DNA of 64,000 bases from an uncultured Gammaproteobacteria bacterium (GTDB taxonomy: Bacteria > Patescibacteriota > Microgenomatia > Levybacterales > GWA1-39-11). Below the pieces are notes generated by a model. It made no database searches and had not been told where the DNA came from. It saw nothing but the letters and a program-made list of their open reading frames with translations. Both the position numbers and the translations under genes were made by a program. The DNA is taken from NCBI GenBank assembly GCA_964427615.1, contig CAYRUR010000002.1, positions 17,847 to 81,846 of the forward strand, in the 5' to 3' direction. Shown piece by piece: positions 27,119-38,534 of this stretch. Position 1 is the stretch's first letter; each line of letters opens with the position of its first letter.

Positions 27119-28629
27119 TTTTTATTTCCTCCTTTAAGTAATTGTATTAATAATTCAACTCCATAGCCAGTCCCACCTTTTGGACCCAGCTCATACTCAC
27201 TCTCTGCAAAAGCAGGTCCTGCAATATCTAAATGCACCCATGGCACATTATCTACAAATTCTTGTAGGAAAAGTGCTGCTGTGATAGATCCTCCCCAGGG
27301 ACTAGAAGACAAATTAGCAATATCAGCTACCTCACTTTTATTAAGTTTTCTATACTCCTCTACCAATGGCATTTCCCACATTTTATCTCCTGAACGACTA
27401 GCAGCCTCTAACACTTCTTTCTTCAATTTTTCATTGTTACTATATAAAGCAGCATAGTCAGTACCAAGTGCTACCATACATGCACCAGTGAGTGTTGCAA
27501 GATCAATAATTTCTGTTGCTCCTTTCTGTACTGCAAATGAAAGACTATCCGCCATTGTAACTCTTCCTTCCGCATCTGTATTTAATACCTCAATTGTTTT
27601 TCCATTGAGTGCTTTTAAGACATCTCCAGGTACATAGGCACTGCCTGATACCAAATTTGGCGTTGCTGCTATCAGTCCTATCACCTCAAAATCTGGCTCA
27701 ATAGTTGCGATAACAGAAAATACGCCTAAGACTGCTGCAGCTCCTGACATATCTGATTTCATAGTAGTCATATATTTTTCAGGCTTTATAGATACTCCAC
27801 CCGTATCAAATGTTATGCCTTTTCCTACCAAAGCTAATTTTCTTTTTGATGTCGTTTTTTTAGGTAAGTAATGAAGATAAATAAATTTGGGAGGAGTATC
27901 TGCAGCACGTGCCACACCCAAAAATGCATTCATTCCCATTTTTTCTGCCTCTTTACGATCATAGATTTCACATGTTATTTGAGTACTGCTTCTGGCTATA
28001 TCTTGGGCAATATTAGCAAGCATCGTAGGAGTTGCAACTGCTGCCTGTTCATTGACTAAATCACGAGCCAGTTTTACTGCGTTATAGGTCAATTGAGGTA
28101 AAGAAATTGCTTCTTCAAGCTCTTTTTTTATCTGTCCTTCATGTGAGAAAATGAGCGTGGAAAGCATACGGCCGTTTTTTTCATTTTTTTTGTACTGACC
28201 AAAAGTATAGGTTCCGTATAAAAATCCTTCTGCTATCATCCTCAACTGCTCTTCCACCGATAAAGACGATTCAGATTTACCCAAGACAGATACAGCCACT
28301 GAATCATTTCCTTCACGAATCTTTTTTGCTACTCCAGCTGCAATTTTTCTTAACCGAGGGGACGTTAACTCTTCTTCTTCTCCCAATCCTACTATGAGAA
28401 TTTTACTACCTACCACAGCAGAAGATGAAGGATAATACGTAATTATTTCTCCTTCTTTTGCTTCAAATTTCTCGAGTTCTATTACTTTACTCAACGACCC
28501 ATCCAGCAGTGCGTCAATTTCATCAAAAGTCTTACTTGTTTTATATCCTTTTTTTGTTTTAAATAAAAAGAGGAGTAAATTATCAGCTGAGATGTTTGAT
28601 AATGGACGTTTTACGGTTTCGATATGCAT
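27115..28629 (-). CDS. pepA: Leucyl aminopeptidase (M17)
   Basis: GKGITFDTGG, MKSDM.GAA and NTDAEGR motifs. Confidence 0.96.
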   Translation of the reverse strand: MHIETVKRPLSNISADNLLLFLFKTKKGYKTSKTFDEIDALLDGSLSKVIELEKFEAKEGEIITYYPSSSAVVGSKILIVGLGEEEELTSPRLRKIAAGVAKKIREGNDSVAVSVLGKSESSLSVEEQLRMIAEGFLYGTYTFGQYKKNEKNGRMLSTLIFSHEGQIKKELEEAISLPQLTYNAVKLARDLVNEQAAVATPTMLANIAQDIARSSTQITCEIYDRKEAEKMGMNAFLGVARAADTPPKFIYLHYLPKKTTSKRKLALVGKGITFDTGGVSIKPEKYMTTMKSDMSGAAAVLGVFSVIATIEPDFEVIGLIAATPNLVSGSAYVPGDVLKALNGKTIEVLNTDAEGRVTMADSLSFAVQKGATEIIDLATLTGACMVALGTDYAALYSNNEKLKKEVLEAASRSGDKMWEMPLVEEYRKLNKSEVADIANLSSSPWGGSITAALFLQEFVDNVPWVHLDIAGPAFAESEYELGPKGGTGYGVELLIQLLKGGNKK

Positions 28630-28749
28630 AACTTCTATAATTCTAGCATTTAGAGGCGAAAAATCAACCCGCAGCTCACAACAATTTTAACATACCTGCA
28701 AGTTTACACAGAACAGGGAGCATATGATATAATTGTAACGGCCTGTTTT

Positions 28750-28835
28750 GCCGAGGTGGTGGAATGGTAGACACGCGGGTCTCAAAAACCCGTGAGCGTA
28801 ACCCGCTCATGAGGGTTCGAGTCCCTCTCTCGGCA
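28750..28835 (+). tRNA. tRNA-Leu(CAA)
   Basis: Cloverleaf: acceptor GCCGAGG/TCTCGGC-A, anticodon arm CGGGT-CTCAAAA-ACCCG, long variable arm, GGTTCGAGTCC T-arm; CCA not encoded. Confidence 0.95.
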
Positions 28836-28963
28836 CATTTCAACTAGATTACAAAGTAAATACCGCGCGAATAAAGAGTTGACTGTTTGCGTTCAAGCTT
28901 AAACCAGAAATTAAACACAAGTTAATCACATCCCTCTTTGTAGGATATACTATTAAGACTATT

Positions 28964-29557
28964 ATGAATTTATTTAAAAAAGGAATTACAAAACTAAGAA
29001 AATGGATTCAGGCACTTCCCGATAGAAAACAATATATTGATTTTATAGCGGGTATTTTGGGTATTCCTGCTCTTATTATGGTTTTATTATTGAATTACAA
29101 TAATCTACAGGGAAGTAAAAAAACAGAAGATAAAACAACACAGCCCCCAGCCCCTATTATTATTGAAAAAACAGTAACCCCTGAAAAAGAATCAGAAAAC
29201 AAAAATAACAGCACTACTGCACCCACTACTCAAGTCTGTAAAAAAGAAATTGGACCAATAGAAATTACCTATCCTGAGGAGAATGAAACAATATCTGAAA
29301 ATCCTGTTACCGTTATCATTGATTATGATAATGATACGTACTGTTCTGTTGTTTGGTCTTATCGCATCAATGGAGGATCTTGGTCAGAATACACGAATAG
29401 TTCCATTTCACTATTTGACATGCCTGCTGGAAAGAAAAAATTGGAACTCAGAGTACAAAGCACCGTATCACAAGACACAGAAAAGCTTGAAAGAAACTTT
29501 ACATATGAGAAAAAAGCAGATGAAAAAGCTGCTTCTGTCTCAGCGAATATGGACTAA
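28964..29557 (+). CDS. Membrane-anchored hypothetical protein with Ig-like C-terminus
   Basis: One TM helix, P/T linker, beta-rich domain. Confidence 0.75.
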   Translation: MNLFKKGITKLRKWIQALPDRKQYIDFIAGILGIPALIMVLLLNYNNLQGSKKTEDKTTQPPAPIIIEKTVTPEKESENKNNSTTAPTTQVCKKEIGPIEITYPEENETISENPVTVIIDYDNDTYCSVVWSYRINGGSWSEYTNSSISLFDMPAGKKKLELRVQSTVSQDTEKLERNFTYEKKADEKAASVSANMD

Positions 29558-29660
29558 ACAGCTCTTTATTTTCTAGGGACAAATCACCAATAACAAAACA
29601 AAAACCTCACATTCCTATCGGTGATACTACCCTCCTTTTGATCATTGCCAACAAACTTGT

Positions 29661-31358
29661 TTACACCTGAGATGCTTCAAGTACAGGGGAAGAAGGAGTT
29701 ACTATCTTTTTAGTACTTTTGTCCAGCCTAAAAAGTAAGAAACGATGGCCGGTCAACGTAAAAAGATATGGCTTGTCTTTGATACGAGGAAAGGCTACTT
29801 CTGAGGCCATTTCAACCGGTTTAATTCCTGCATACTCTGCTAAATCCAATTGAAAGTATTGTGGTTTGCGGGAAAGATTAAAAATACAAAGAATATCATC
29901 ATCTGGATGAGTCCTGACAAAAGCAAAAATACTTCTATTTTCAGGGTAAATCATCTTCATGCCACCCTTACCAAAGGCTTCTGTTTTTTTTCTGATTTTA
30001 ATAAGCGTTTTGATGTAATTAAGCAATGAATAAGGAAGTCTTTCTTGTGTCTTTACATTGACAGATTGATAGTGAAACATCGGATTTTCGATAATTGGCA
30101 AATATAACTGTTCTGGATCGACCATAGAAAATCCTGCATTTCTGTCAGGAGTCCATTGCATCGGCGTTCTTACTCCATTTCTATCTCCCAAGAAAATATT
30201 ATCCCCCATTCCTAGCTCATCTCCATAATAAATAACAGGACTACCTGGAAGCGTAAAGAGCAAGGCATACAGCATATCAAGCGTCAGACGGTCATTATCT
30301 ATCAATGGAGCCAGTCTTCTTCTAATACCAACATTGATCCTCATCTTAGGATGTTTTGCATACTCGTTGTACATAAAATCCCGTTCTTCATCAGATACCA
30401 TCTCAAGCGTTAATTCATCATGATTTCTTAAAAATTTAGCCCATTGAGCAGTCGGAGGAATACCAGCTGTTTGTTTTAAGATATCAACAATTGCTTTTCT
30501 ATCCTCTTTGCGCAACGCAAGAAAAATACGAGGCATGACAGGAAAGTTAAAAGCCATATGAAACTCGTCTCCATTACCAAAATAAGGAATTGCTTCAGTA
30601 GGCCATTGATTTGCCTCTGCTAAAAGAATAGTCCCTGGGTAATCCTCATCCATCATTTTGCGGATTTCCTTAAAATAGGCATGAGTTTCAGGCAGATTTT
30701 CACAGCTGGTCCCTTCTCTTTCAAATAAATAAGGCACAGCATCACAGCGAAATCCATCAAGGCCTAAATCCAGCCAAAAGCGCATCACCTTCTTCATTTC
30801 TTCCCGGACTTCCGGATTATCAAAATTTAAATCAGGCTGATGGCTGAAAAATCTATGCCAATAATATTGTTTGGCAACTGGATCCCACGTCCAGTTTGAT
30901 ACCTCTGTGTCAGTAAAAATAATACGCACGTCTTTGTATTTTTGATCATCATCTGACCATACAAACCAATCTCTTTTAGGACTATTTTGATCTTTTCTCG
31001 CTTCTTGAAACCATGGATGGTCACTGGAGACGTGGTTAAAAACCATATCAGCTATTACCCGAATACCCCGCTTATGAGCCTCATCTACAAATTCTTGAAA
31101 GTCTTCCAGAGTTCCATAATCCGGATTTACGTTATAATAATCTGCCACATCATATCCATCATCTTTTAAAGGAGAAGGATAAAATGGCAAGAGCCATACA
31201 CAATTGACACCGAGATTTTGGATGTAGTTAAGTTTGTGAGTCAATCCTTTAAAGTCCCCTATGCCATCTTCGTTGCTGTCATAAAATGACTTGACGTGCA
31301 CTTCGTAAAAAATGGCGTCTTTATACCACAGATGATTATTATTTTGTGCCTTGGCCAT
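29661..31358 (-). CDS. treS: Trehalose synthase / maltose alpha-D-glucosyltransferase (GH13)
   Basis: WYKDAIFYE, GFRCDAVPYL, LLAEANQW and FLRNHDELTLE motifs; start placed at MAKAQ. Confidence 0.95.
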   Translation of the reverse strand: MAKAQNNNHLWYKDAIFYEVHVKSFYDSNEDGIGDFKGLTHKLNYIQNLGVNCVWLLPFYPSPLKDDGYDVADYYNVNPDYGTLEDFQEFVDEAHKRGIRVIADMVFNHVSSDHPWFQEARKDQNSPKRDWFVWSDDDQKYKDVRIIFTDTEVSNWTWDPVAKQYYWHRFFSHQPDLNFDNPEVREEMKKVMRFWLDLGLDGFRCDAVPYLFEREGTSCENLPETHAYFKEIRKMMDEDYPGTILLAEANQWPTEAIPYFGNGDEFHMAFNFPVMPRIFLALRKEDRKAIVDILKQTAGIPPTAQWAKFLRNHDELTLEMVSDEERDFMYNEYAKHPKMRINVGIRRRLAPLIDNDRLTLDMLYALLFTLPGSPVIYYGDELGMGDNIFLGDRNGVRTPMQWTPDRNAGFSMVDPEQLYLPIIENPMFHYQSVNVKTQERLPYSLLNYIKTLIKIRKKTEAFGKGGMKMIYPENRSIFAFVRTHPDDDILCIFNLSRKPQYFQLDLAEYAGIKPVEMASEVAFPRIKDKPYLFTLTGHRFLLFRLDKSTKKIVTPSSPVLEASQV

Positions 31359-31562
31359 AAATTTAGGTAGTCGTAAATACACAATAAAGAATATGGTTAT
31401 TGTACACAAAAAATTGTATTGTTTAAAGAGGATTTTTCTTTACAAATAAATACTGTACTGATAGAAAATAAGAGAATTTGTTTTCACTAAACATCGCTTT
31501 CAAATAATACCTTTATCATCTGAAGTCGTAGGAAATTTGATCATTTGCACAGCTGAATATGC

Positions 31563-32855
31563 CTAATCGCTAATGAAACCAAGAGCTCTTCCGTTCTGTT
31601 GTTCAACCCTACTAATGTGTCTTCCACTACTATCCATCAATTCTATAATATTATTCTCTCCATCTATAGGAGTATTATCCTTTACTCCTGTAGGACTTGA
31701 TTTAAGAACCATATAAAACTTTTCATTTGGAGATATAAAGATAGACCATATTTCTCTCTGCTTATTTATCTCATCTTGAGAAATTGGAATCTCCTTCTGC
31801 TTTATACCTGCTAGACTAACGTCAAGTCTATATAGCTTATGTGTTCTATCAAGCGTAGATAGCAAAATGCTATCGCTTTTAGGAAAAATCGTAGCTGTTC
31901 TTATTTGAGGAATACCAGTTATTATCATTTCTTTTTTTGTTTTAATATCATAATAGTATTTCTCATCACGTAAATCTCTGATAATCCCATTTCCCTTATA
32001 AAGCCAATAATATGCTGGCGAAAACTCTTTCTCTTTTGGTTTATAAACTTGCTCTTGTGAAGTGCCGTCAAGATTTGCAAAAAAAGCATTTTCTTTTGAA
32101 TGAAAGCATTCTCCTATACATCCTTCCCAATCAGCTATGGTAAAACCTAGCTTACTATTACTGAACCATCCTGCAATACGTGACTGAGATGGAAGATTTA
32201 TTTTTTGAGGCTTTTTATGAGCAATTGAAACTTTATATTTCTGCCCGAAATACCCATCCGAGAAAACAAAAGCGTCACTATCAGGAGACCAAAATAGATC
32301 TACAACTTGGTTAATATCATCTTTCTCATCAGCAAATACTAATGTATTTTGTGAACCATCAGTATTCACCAGCCATAACTCACTCTGATTTTTGTGTCCA
32401 TTCATTGGAAAACCTTTTCTACTCAAAACGTACACCATTTTTTTCCCATCTGGTGAAATTTTTACTTCAGAAAATCGAAAATCCATAGTAGTGGGAAGTG
32501 TAAGTATTTCCTTTTTGTCTTTAGTATTGAAATCGTAGCGATAAATGTGAGTAGTAAAATCATCCTGTTCATGACCAAATGCTCGTATACCTTTATGGAA
32601 TGAGTATAGAATAATGGGTAGCTGACTAACCTGCTTATTTGTGAATATGATATTTTCACTTTGGGATTTAGTGATTTTAGCAGTATCATGATTACCATTG
32701 ATCCAGAACATATACCCTCCTGCTCCAATTACCGTAATAATTAACAAAACAGCAAAAAAAGAAAACACTTTTCTCCATTTATGAGAGTTATTTAACTTGT
32801 CCTGTTCTGGTGAAATGAATTGAGGACTAGAAGACTGTTGATTTACCTGTTCCAT
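31563..32855 (-). CDS. Membrane-anchored TolB-like beta-propeller protein
   Basis: N-terminal TM helix; ISPDGKK, WSPDS and ISPNEK repeats. Confidence 0.75.
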   Translation of the reverse strand: MEQVNQQSSSPQFISPEQDKLNNSHKWRKVFSFFAVLLIITVIGAGGYMFWINGNHDTAKITKSQSENIIFTNKQVSQLPIILYSFHKGIRAFGHEQDDFTTHIYRYDFNTKDKKEILTLPTTMDFRFSEVKISPDGKKMVYVLSRKGFPMNGHKNQSELWLVNTDGSQNTLVFADEKDDINQVVDLFWSPDSDAFVFSDGYFGQKYKVSIAHKKPQKINLPSQSRIAGWFSNSKLGFTIADWEGCIGECFHSKENAFFANLDGTSQEQVYKPKEKEFSPAYYWLYKGNGIIRDLRDEKYYYDIKTKKEMIITGIPQIRTATIFPKSDSILLSTLDRTHKLYRLDVSLAGIKQKEIPISQDEINKQREIWSIFISPNEKFYMVLKSSPTGVKDNTPIDGENNIIELMDSSGRHISRVEQQNGRALGFISD

Positions 32856-33080
32856 AAGGATCTATCTATAGCTTCTCATTGTTAAAATTACTTGTCAAGT
32901 TTCAAACACAGCAACACTGTTTTATTTTATAAATAAATTGTGAACATTGGAAAAAGTTGAAAACAACTTGAAGAATATGTAAAAACGCCCACTTCTCTCA
33001 TTGAGCTCTGTTACTACAGTAGATTAATTTGCGCAAGAGTTGCTGTGCAATTTGTAGCCCGATATATCAGGGGTGAAAAG

Positions 33081-33151
33081 TGGACCTACCGGGAATTGAA
33101 CCCGGAACTTACCCATGCGAAGGGTACGGTATGCCGTTTACCTATAGGCCC
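33081..33151 (-). tRNA. tRNA-Ala(CGC)
   Basis: GGGCCTA/TAGGTCC-A acceptor with G3:U70, anticodon arm TACCC-TTCGCAT-GGGTA, GGTTCAATTCC T-arm. Confidence 0.92.
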
Positions 33152-33209
33152 AGAATAACCCTTATTGTACTATGAAAAATGAAAATCGTATAGATGCCTG
33201 TGGAACGTT

Positions 33210-33374
33210 ATTTCTCGACAAGCTCGAAATATAAAGATTTTATTTTTCGACCAAGCGAAGTGCGTGGAGAAAATTTATTATTTCAAAACTGAGGAAAACT
33301 AAACCCTAAGCACTAACCCCTAACCGCTCCTTCTTCTTTCCAACTCGTTAACTCTTTAACTCGCAACCCGTTAA
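33210..33374. repeat. REP-like hairpins, TAACCCC-type 7-mer tract and AACTCGTT motif
   Basis: Hairpins 33210-33275 share CGAAGTGCGT with 36567-36600; tract 33300-33328; motif 33341-33374. Confidence 0.65.
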
Positions 33375-33383
33375 TTTATATAT

Positions 33384-34721
33384 TTACTCCTCAAAAGCAG
33401 CTGCGTGGTTTTGGTCAATGTTGTAAAACCGGATTCTATCACCACGAAATAGCAGATCTCTTTCTCCCACTGCTCCATTTCTGTGCTTTGCTACTAAAAT
33501 GCTCACAATACGCTGAGGACTCATAGCCTCATCTTTTGAATACAAAAACATAACTACGTCAGCATCTTGTTCTATGGATCCTGACTCTCGCAAATCCGCA
33601 AGTTGTGGTCTTCTATCTCCTGTTCTATGCTCTATCGCACGAGAAAGCTGAGACAACGCAATCACCGGAACCCGTAACTCTCTTGCCAAATTTTTTAAAT
33701 TTTGAGAAACATACGTTACCTCCTGTACACGACTCTCCAATTTTTTTCCTGGATTTACCAATTGCAAATAGTCCACAACTAAAAGGCGTACTCCATGCTC
33801 TGAATGCAATCTTCTGGCTTTGGTGCGCATTTCAGAAATAGTAATACCAGGAGTATCATCAATATAAATAGGAGCTTCTGCTAACTCTCCCATTGCTTGA
33901 GACAGTTTTTCAAAATCCTCATCAGTTAAATTACCTGTTTTTAGCTTCCATGCATCAATATCTGCTTGACTTATGAGCAGACGATCCACCAATTCCTCTT
34001 TACTCATTTCAAGTGAAAAAATACCGACAGGAACTTTCGTGTTCACTGTAATATGCTGAGCACAATTCACGACAAATGCCGTTTTACCCTGACCAGGACG
34101 TGCAGCAAGAATAATCAAATTTGAATTCTGAAAACCTGACAACATGTTATCTAAATCTACAAACCCTGACTCCACTCCTCGTATACCTCCTTCTTTTTTA
34201 TGCAACTCATCCAACCTATCAAAACTTTCAGCCAGTGTTTCTTTAATATGTACAAACCCTTGTTTTGCATGATCCTGACTCACCCGAAAAATCGTTTGCT
34301 CTGCCCGATCCAATACTTCAGAGGAAGGTGCATCTTCCTGAAAAGCAAGATTGGTAGTCTCTGCTCCTAATTGGATCAGTACTCGTCTGATGTACTTCTC
34401 ACGAACAATTTCTGTATAGTGCTCTAGATTTGCTGCAGTAGGTACTGCATTTGCTAATGAAGTAAGATAGGAAGAACCTCCTACTTTTTGAAAGAGTTTT
34501 TTTGTTTTTAAAAGACTGGTAAGTGTAAGCGTATCAATGGGTTTTCGTTGCTCGTACAGATCAAGCATACACTCAAAAATACTAGCATTTGCTTCACTAT
34601 AGAAATATTCAGGCTTTACCTGTTGAGAAGCAGAACTGATTGCTTCTTTATCAATGAGGATTGCGCCAAGCACTGCAGCTTCCGCATCTTCATCATGTGG
34701 GGGAATTCGTGCTATTGCCAT
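33384..34721 (-). CDS. dnaB: Replicative DNA helicase
   Basis: AARPGQGKT, DYLQL, SQLSR and DLRESGSIEQDAD motifs. Confidence 0.98.
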   Translation of the reverse strand: MAIARIPPHDEDAEAAVLGAILIDKEAISSASQQVKPEYFYSEANASIFECMLDLYEQRKPIDTLTLTSLLKTKKLFQKVGGSSYLTSLANAVPTAANLEHYTEIVREKYIRRVLIQLGAETTNLAFQEDAPSSEVLDRAEQTIFRVSQDHAKQGFVHIKETLAESFDRLDELHKKEGGIRGVESGFVDLDNMLSGFQNSNLIILAARPGQGKTAFVVNCAQHITVNTKVPVGIFSLEMSKEELVDRLLISQADIDAWKLKTGNLTDEDFEKLSQAMGELAEAPIYIDDTPGITISEMRTKARRLHSEHGVRLLVVDYLQLVNPGKKLESRVQEVTYVSQNLKNLARELRVPVIALSQLSRAIEHRTGDRRPQLADLRESGSIEQDADVVMFLYSKDEAMSPQRIVSILVAKHRNGAVGERDLLFRGDRIRFYNIDQNHAAAFEE

Positions 34722-34724
34722 AGC

Positions 34725-35219
34725 TTATTTTGCAAGATAAATGGCAGATTCTTCGACTTCTTCTCTTTTTGAAATATTTACTTTTGGTAACTTTTTAACA
34801 GCATACCCTTCAGGAAAAAGACTACTTTCACCAAAAATAATAGGTGTTACCGCAGAGAAAAAAGAAAGTGTTGGTTCTTCAAGTGGTTCTACTGCATGGA
34901 TTAAAATTGCATCAAAATCCTCAATATCTTTGATTTGTTTTACTGCTGAGGATGGAAAGAGAAGTATTTTTTCATTATCTGCTATAAGCGTATATATAAC
35001 ACTATCACCTACGTTTTCTCCTTTAATACTCACTCCTTGCACCTCATACTCTCCTGCCCCATGGATTGCCAAAACATCCTTTTCGAGTAAACCTGAGTGT
35101 GCGGTACTAGAGGTAAACAACACAACTTCATTATCAGGATTTGCAGAAGGATCAACTAATAAAGTTGTTTTTTTTGTTTTTATCCGGATGCCGTCTCCGG
35201 TAAGTGAAATAACTTCCAT
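34725..35219 (-). CDS. Degenerate MBL-fold metallo-hydrolase-like protein
   Basis: IRIK...LLVDP and GAGEYEVQGVSIKG motifs; metal-binding His residues largely missing. Confidence 0.6.
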   Translation of the reverse strand: MEVISLTGDGIRIKTKKTTLLVDPSANPDNEVVLFTSSTAHSGLLEKDVLAIHGAGEYEVQGVSIKGENVGDSVIYTLIADNEKILLFPSSAVKQIKDIEDFDAILIHAVEPLEEPTLSFFSAVTPIIFGESSLFPEGYAVKKLPKVNISKREEVEESAIYLAK

Positions 35220-35347
35220 ACTTTATATTAAGAAATCAGAAAAAGAGGATAATCTCTTGTTTATTTAGCATTATCCTACCACATAATCGCTTTCCTTGAC
35301 AAGAGGATGTTTTTGAACTATCATATGTGAGATATTCAGCTCAAAGT

Positions 35348-35779
35348 ATGAAAGAACGCATTATCATTGTTTTTATTGCTGTCACTCTTGGCATTCTTGT
35401 TACTACCGTCGGTTACCTCATTTATCAATCTACCAAAGTTATTCCTGACACAGCAGACACACCTAACAAAGGATCCCTTCTCCAATCACAAGAAACTGAA
35501 AACAAAGATGGTCATTACTTAAAAGTTAATGATCCAAAAAACGAAACAGTTGCCACTACCAGAACAATTCAAGTAAAAGGTGAAACAAATCCTGAAAATA
35601 CGATAGTAGTCTCCTCCAACCAAGAAGACGTAGCAGTTACTCCTACTGCTAACGGATCATTTTCCGTATCTGTTACTATAGATGCAGGGGCAAATAAAAT
35701 TATTACTCGCAGTATTGCACCAAATGGAGAAACTAAAACTGACGAAAGAATAGTAACATTCTCATCTGAAGATTTTTAA
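35348..35779 (+). CDS. Membrane-anchored Ig-like domain protein
   Basis: TM helix followed by V.GET.P...GSFS...GAN.I beta-sandwich pattern. Confidence 0.75.
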   Translation: MKERIIIVFIAVTLGILVTTVGYLIYQSTKVIPDTADTPNKGSLLQSQETENKDGHYLKVNDPKNETVATTRTIQVKGETNPENTIVVSSNQEDVAVTPTANGSFSVSVTIDAGANKIITRSIAPNGETKTDERIVTFSSEDF

Positions 35780-35780
35780 T

Positions 35781-36545
35781 ATGAAAAAAAGAATATTATT
35801 TTTAACACTTATAACAGCATTTGCATTATTTGCCCATCAAAGTGCTCTCTTAACCAGAGCAGCTACTCCTACTCCCGAAGAGACCAATTCAGAACTTGAA
35901 ACTATAGAAAAAATAAAAGATATGGTAGCAAGCCGAGTTGCAGAACTTGATCTGGTAGAGAAAAGAGGGTTCTTAGGAGAGGTAAGTGAAGCTTCTAATA
36001 CATCAGTAAAAATAAAAGACCTACAGGGAAAGATAAAAAACATAGACATTGATGAACTAACAGAATTTCAAGCTGCCAAATCAGAAGAATTCGGCATATC
36101 AGATATTAAAAAAGGAGACATCATCTCCTTTGTAGGACTTTATAACAAAGATACAGAACGGTTATTAGCCCGCTTTGTAAAAAAAGCTACTGCCATTCCT
36201 ACTTCTTTTGAAGGAGTTATCTTAGAAAAAGACACAGAGGAATACACCCTAACCGTGGTAAATGAAAAAGGAGAAAAAAGAACCGTTGATATTGAGAGCT
36301 CCACTGATACCTATGCCTACTCAAAAGGACAAGAGGAAGAAAAATCAGGGTTTTCAAAAATAGAAGTCGGAGAAAGAGTAATTGTTACTGGCTTTCCAAG
36401 CAAAGAAGACAGCAACAGACTTTCAGCATCCCGTATCTTGGTTTTGCTTGGCATACAACCTTCTGAAGCAATGAAAAAACATATGGGGAATATAGAACCA
36501 AAAACAGATACAGAAATTACTCCTACAACCACTGAGAAAGAATAG
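35781..36545 (+). CDS. Secreted protein with two OB-like repeats (DUF5666-like)
   Basis: Signal peptide; duplicated SDIKKGD.I...G / SKIEVGERVIVTG units. Confidence 0.7.
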   Translation: MKKRILFLTLITAFALFAHQSALLTRAATPTPEETNSELETIEKIKDMVASRVAELDLVEKRGFLGEVSEASNTSVKIKDLQGKIKNIDIDELTEFQAAKSEEFGISDIKKGDIISFVGLYNKDTERLLARFVKKATAIPTSFEGVILEKDTEEYTLTVVNEKGEKRTVDIESSTDTYAYSKGQEEEKSGFSKIEVGERVIVTGFPSKEDSNRLSASRILVLLGIQPSEAMKKHMGNIEPKTDTEITPTTTEKE

Positions 36546-36650
36546 ATTATAGTCTCCTTAAAATAATGTCATTCTGGCAAACGAAGTGCGTCCAGAATCT
36601 TTTACTAATCTTTAACTACAGAAAAGCTTATTCTCTTCTAACCTAAGACT

Positions 36651-38048
36651 TTATACTCTTCTTACTACTTTTACTCCTTTTTTCGTATCTTTTAGAAGAT
36701 ATCCTCTTTTCTCCACATCAGCTCGCAATTTATCTGCTGCTGAGAACATTTTATTTTTTCTCATATGCTCGCGCTGCTCTACCATTTGTATGATATCTCC
36801 TGGAATATTCGTCAATTCATGAGATTTCTCTTCTATAGAAAGACCCAAGACCTCATCCATTTTATATATTGTTACCCGTTTTACTGCATCAGTTAATTTA
36901 GGAGAACGAATCATCTCCCACATGACTGATATTGCTTTTGGCATATTCAAGTCGTTACTTACTGCATCTTGAAATTCCCGCTCAAAATCAATATCAGGAT
37001 ATACTCCTTCTACTTCCTCATCCTCCAAACCAGCCACCGCCTCATATAATCTATCAAGTGCAGCTTGTGCTCCTGTCAAAGACTCCCAGGTAAAATTCAT
37101 TTGTGCTCTGTAATGCGTCTGGAATGTCAGGTAGCGATATGCCAAAGGACTATACTTTTTTTTCTTGAGTCCCTCAATCGTGTACATATTGCCCTTTGAT
37201 TTAGACATTTTTTCACCGTTAACCAGCAAGTGTTCATGATGCACCCAGTACTTCACAAATTCCTGTCCTGTAGCAGCTTCAGATTGGGCAATTTCATTGG
37301 TGTGATGTACTGCAATATGGTCTACTCCACCTGTATGAATATCCAAAGTCAAACCCAAATATTTCATAGACATAGCAGAACACTCAAGATGCCAACCAGG
37401 AAAACCTTCTCCCCAGGGAGAATTCCAACGCAGAATATGATCTTTAAATTTTCCAACAGTAAAAAACCACAGAACAAAATCCTGCGGATTTCTTTTATTT
37501 GCATCCACATAAACCTCTTCTCTGGCACCCACCACTTCCTTACTCAAATCCTGACCTGAGAGCTTGTTATAATCCGCAAATTTTGAGACATCAAAATAAA
37601 TCGCCTGAGGTGTTTTGTAAGCATATCCTTTCTCAAACAGTGCTTCAACCAATGCTATCTGGTCCTCAATATGCTCTGTTGCACGGGGTACTACGGTAGG
37701 TCTTTTGATATTTACTGCATCCAAAGATTTGAAAAAATCTTCTTCAAAAAAACGAGCCAACTCTAATACATCTTTACCAAATTTTTTAGCTCCTTTTTCT
37801 AATTTATCCTCACCTACATCAGCATCAGAAGTCAGATGTCCTACGTCCGTAATATTCATAACATGACGTACAGAAAATCCATTTATTTCAAGTGCTCTGC
37901 GTAAAATATCGTCATTGATGAATTTACGCACATGTCCTATGTGTGTGTAGTCATACACCGTGGGCCCACACGCATACATCCGCACATCATCTGCGTCCAT
38001 TGGAGTAAATTCCTGGATCGTTCGGGTTAAAGTGTTATAAAGCCTCAT
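36651..38048 (-). CDS. cysS: Cysteine--tRNA ligase
   Basis: [20 protein letters not shown] and KMSKS motifs. Confidence 0.98.
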   Translation of the reverse strand: MRLYNTLTRTIQEFTPMDADDVRMYACGPTVYDYTHIGHVRKFINDDILRRALEINGFSVRHVMNITDVGHLTSDADVGEDKLEKGAKKFGKDVLELARFFEEDFFKSLDAVNIKRPTVVPRATEHIEDQIALVEALFEKGYAYKTPQAIYFDVSKFADYNKLSGQDLSKEVVGAREEVYVDANKRNPQDFVLWFFTVGKFKDHILRWNSPWGEGFPGWHLECSAMSMKYLGLTLDIHTGGVDHIAVHHTNEIAQSEAATGQEFVKYWVHHEHLLVNGEKMSKSKGNMYTIEGLKKKKYSPLAYRYLTFQTHYRAQMNFTWESLTGAQAALDRLYEAVAGLEDEEVEGVYPDIDFEREFQDAVSNDLNMPKAISVMWEMIRSPKLTDAVKRVTIYKMDEVLGLSIEEKSHELTNIPGDIIQMVEQREHMRKNKMFSAADKLRADVEKRGYLLKDTKKGVKVVRRV

Positions 38049-38208
38049 ATGTGCTCCATTGTACCAAAATAAGGAGTAAGAAGTAAGTAGTAAGTATATT
38101 ACTCTAAACTTAAATGCTAAAATCAGAATCTTAATTCATCATCCTGCTATTACCAATTCCTTACACACTTATCACAAAAAGCATATAAATGAGTCTTATA
38201 GTCAAAAT

Positions 38209-38508
38209 ATGGTTTTAGCATTACTCATCATTCTTATTATCCTCTGGTTTTTTGGATTTATACCTTTTGCTCTTTTCCAAACACCTCTTTTTACCCTTAA
38301 TGGTAACACTATAACTCTCTACGAGTTACTTATATTTGGAGTCGTATTATGGCTTATTGGACTTCTCCCCAGTCCTTTACGAGAGATAGGAGCTGTTCTT
38401 TTACTTTTGTGGGTTCTATCTGTTCTAGGATTTTTAGCTATTGGAGGACTTTCTCAAATCCTTATTATTGCTATTATTTTAGGAGTAATTGTTTCCCTCT
38501 TTTCGTAG
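38209..38508 (+). CDS. Small hydrophobic membrane protein
   Basis: 99 aa, almost entirely hydrophobic. Confidence 0.7.
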   Translation: MVLALLIILIILWFFGFIPFALFQTPLFTLNGNTITLYELLIFGVVLWLIGLLPSPLREIGAVLLLLWVLSVLGFLAIGGLSQILIIAIILGVIVSLFS

Positions 38509-38534
38509 TTTTTACTAGCAAGTAAGGACAGTTT

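Noticed and set aside
34741-35268. 175-aa + strand ORF and similar antisense ORFs (e.g. 51148-51609, 40224-40571, 41073-41432)
   Set aside because: They are shadows of well-supported genes on the opposite strand, with no initiation signals or recognisable motifs.
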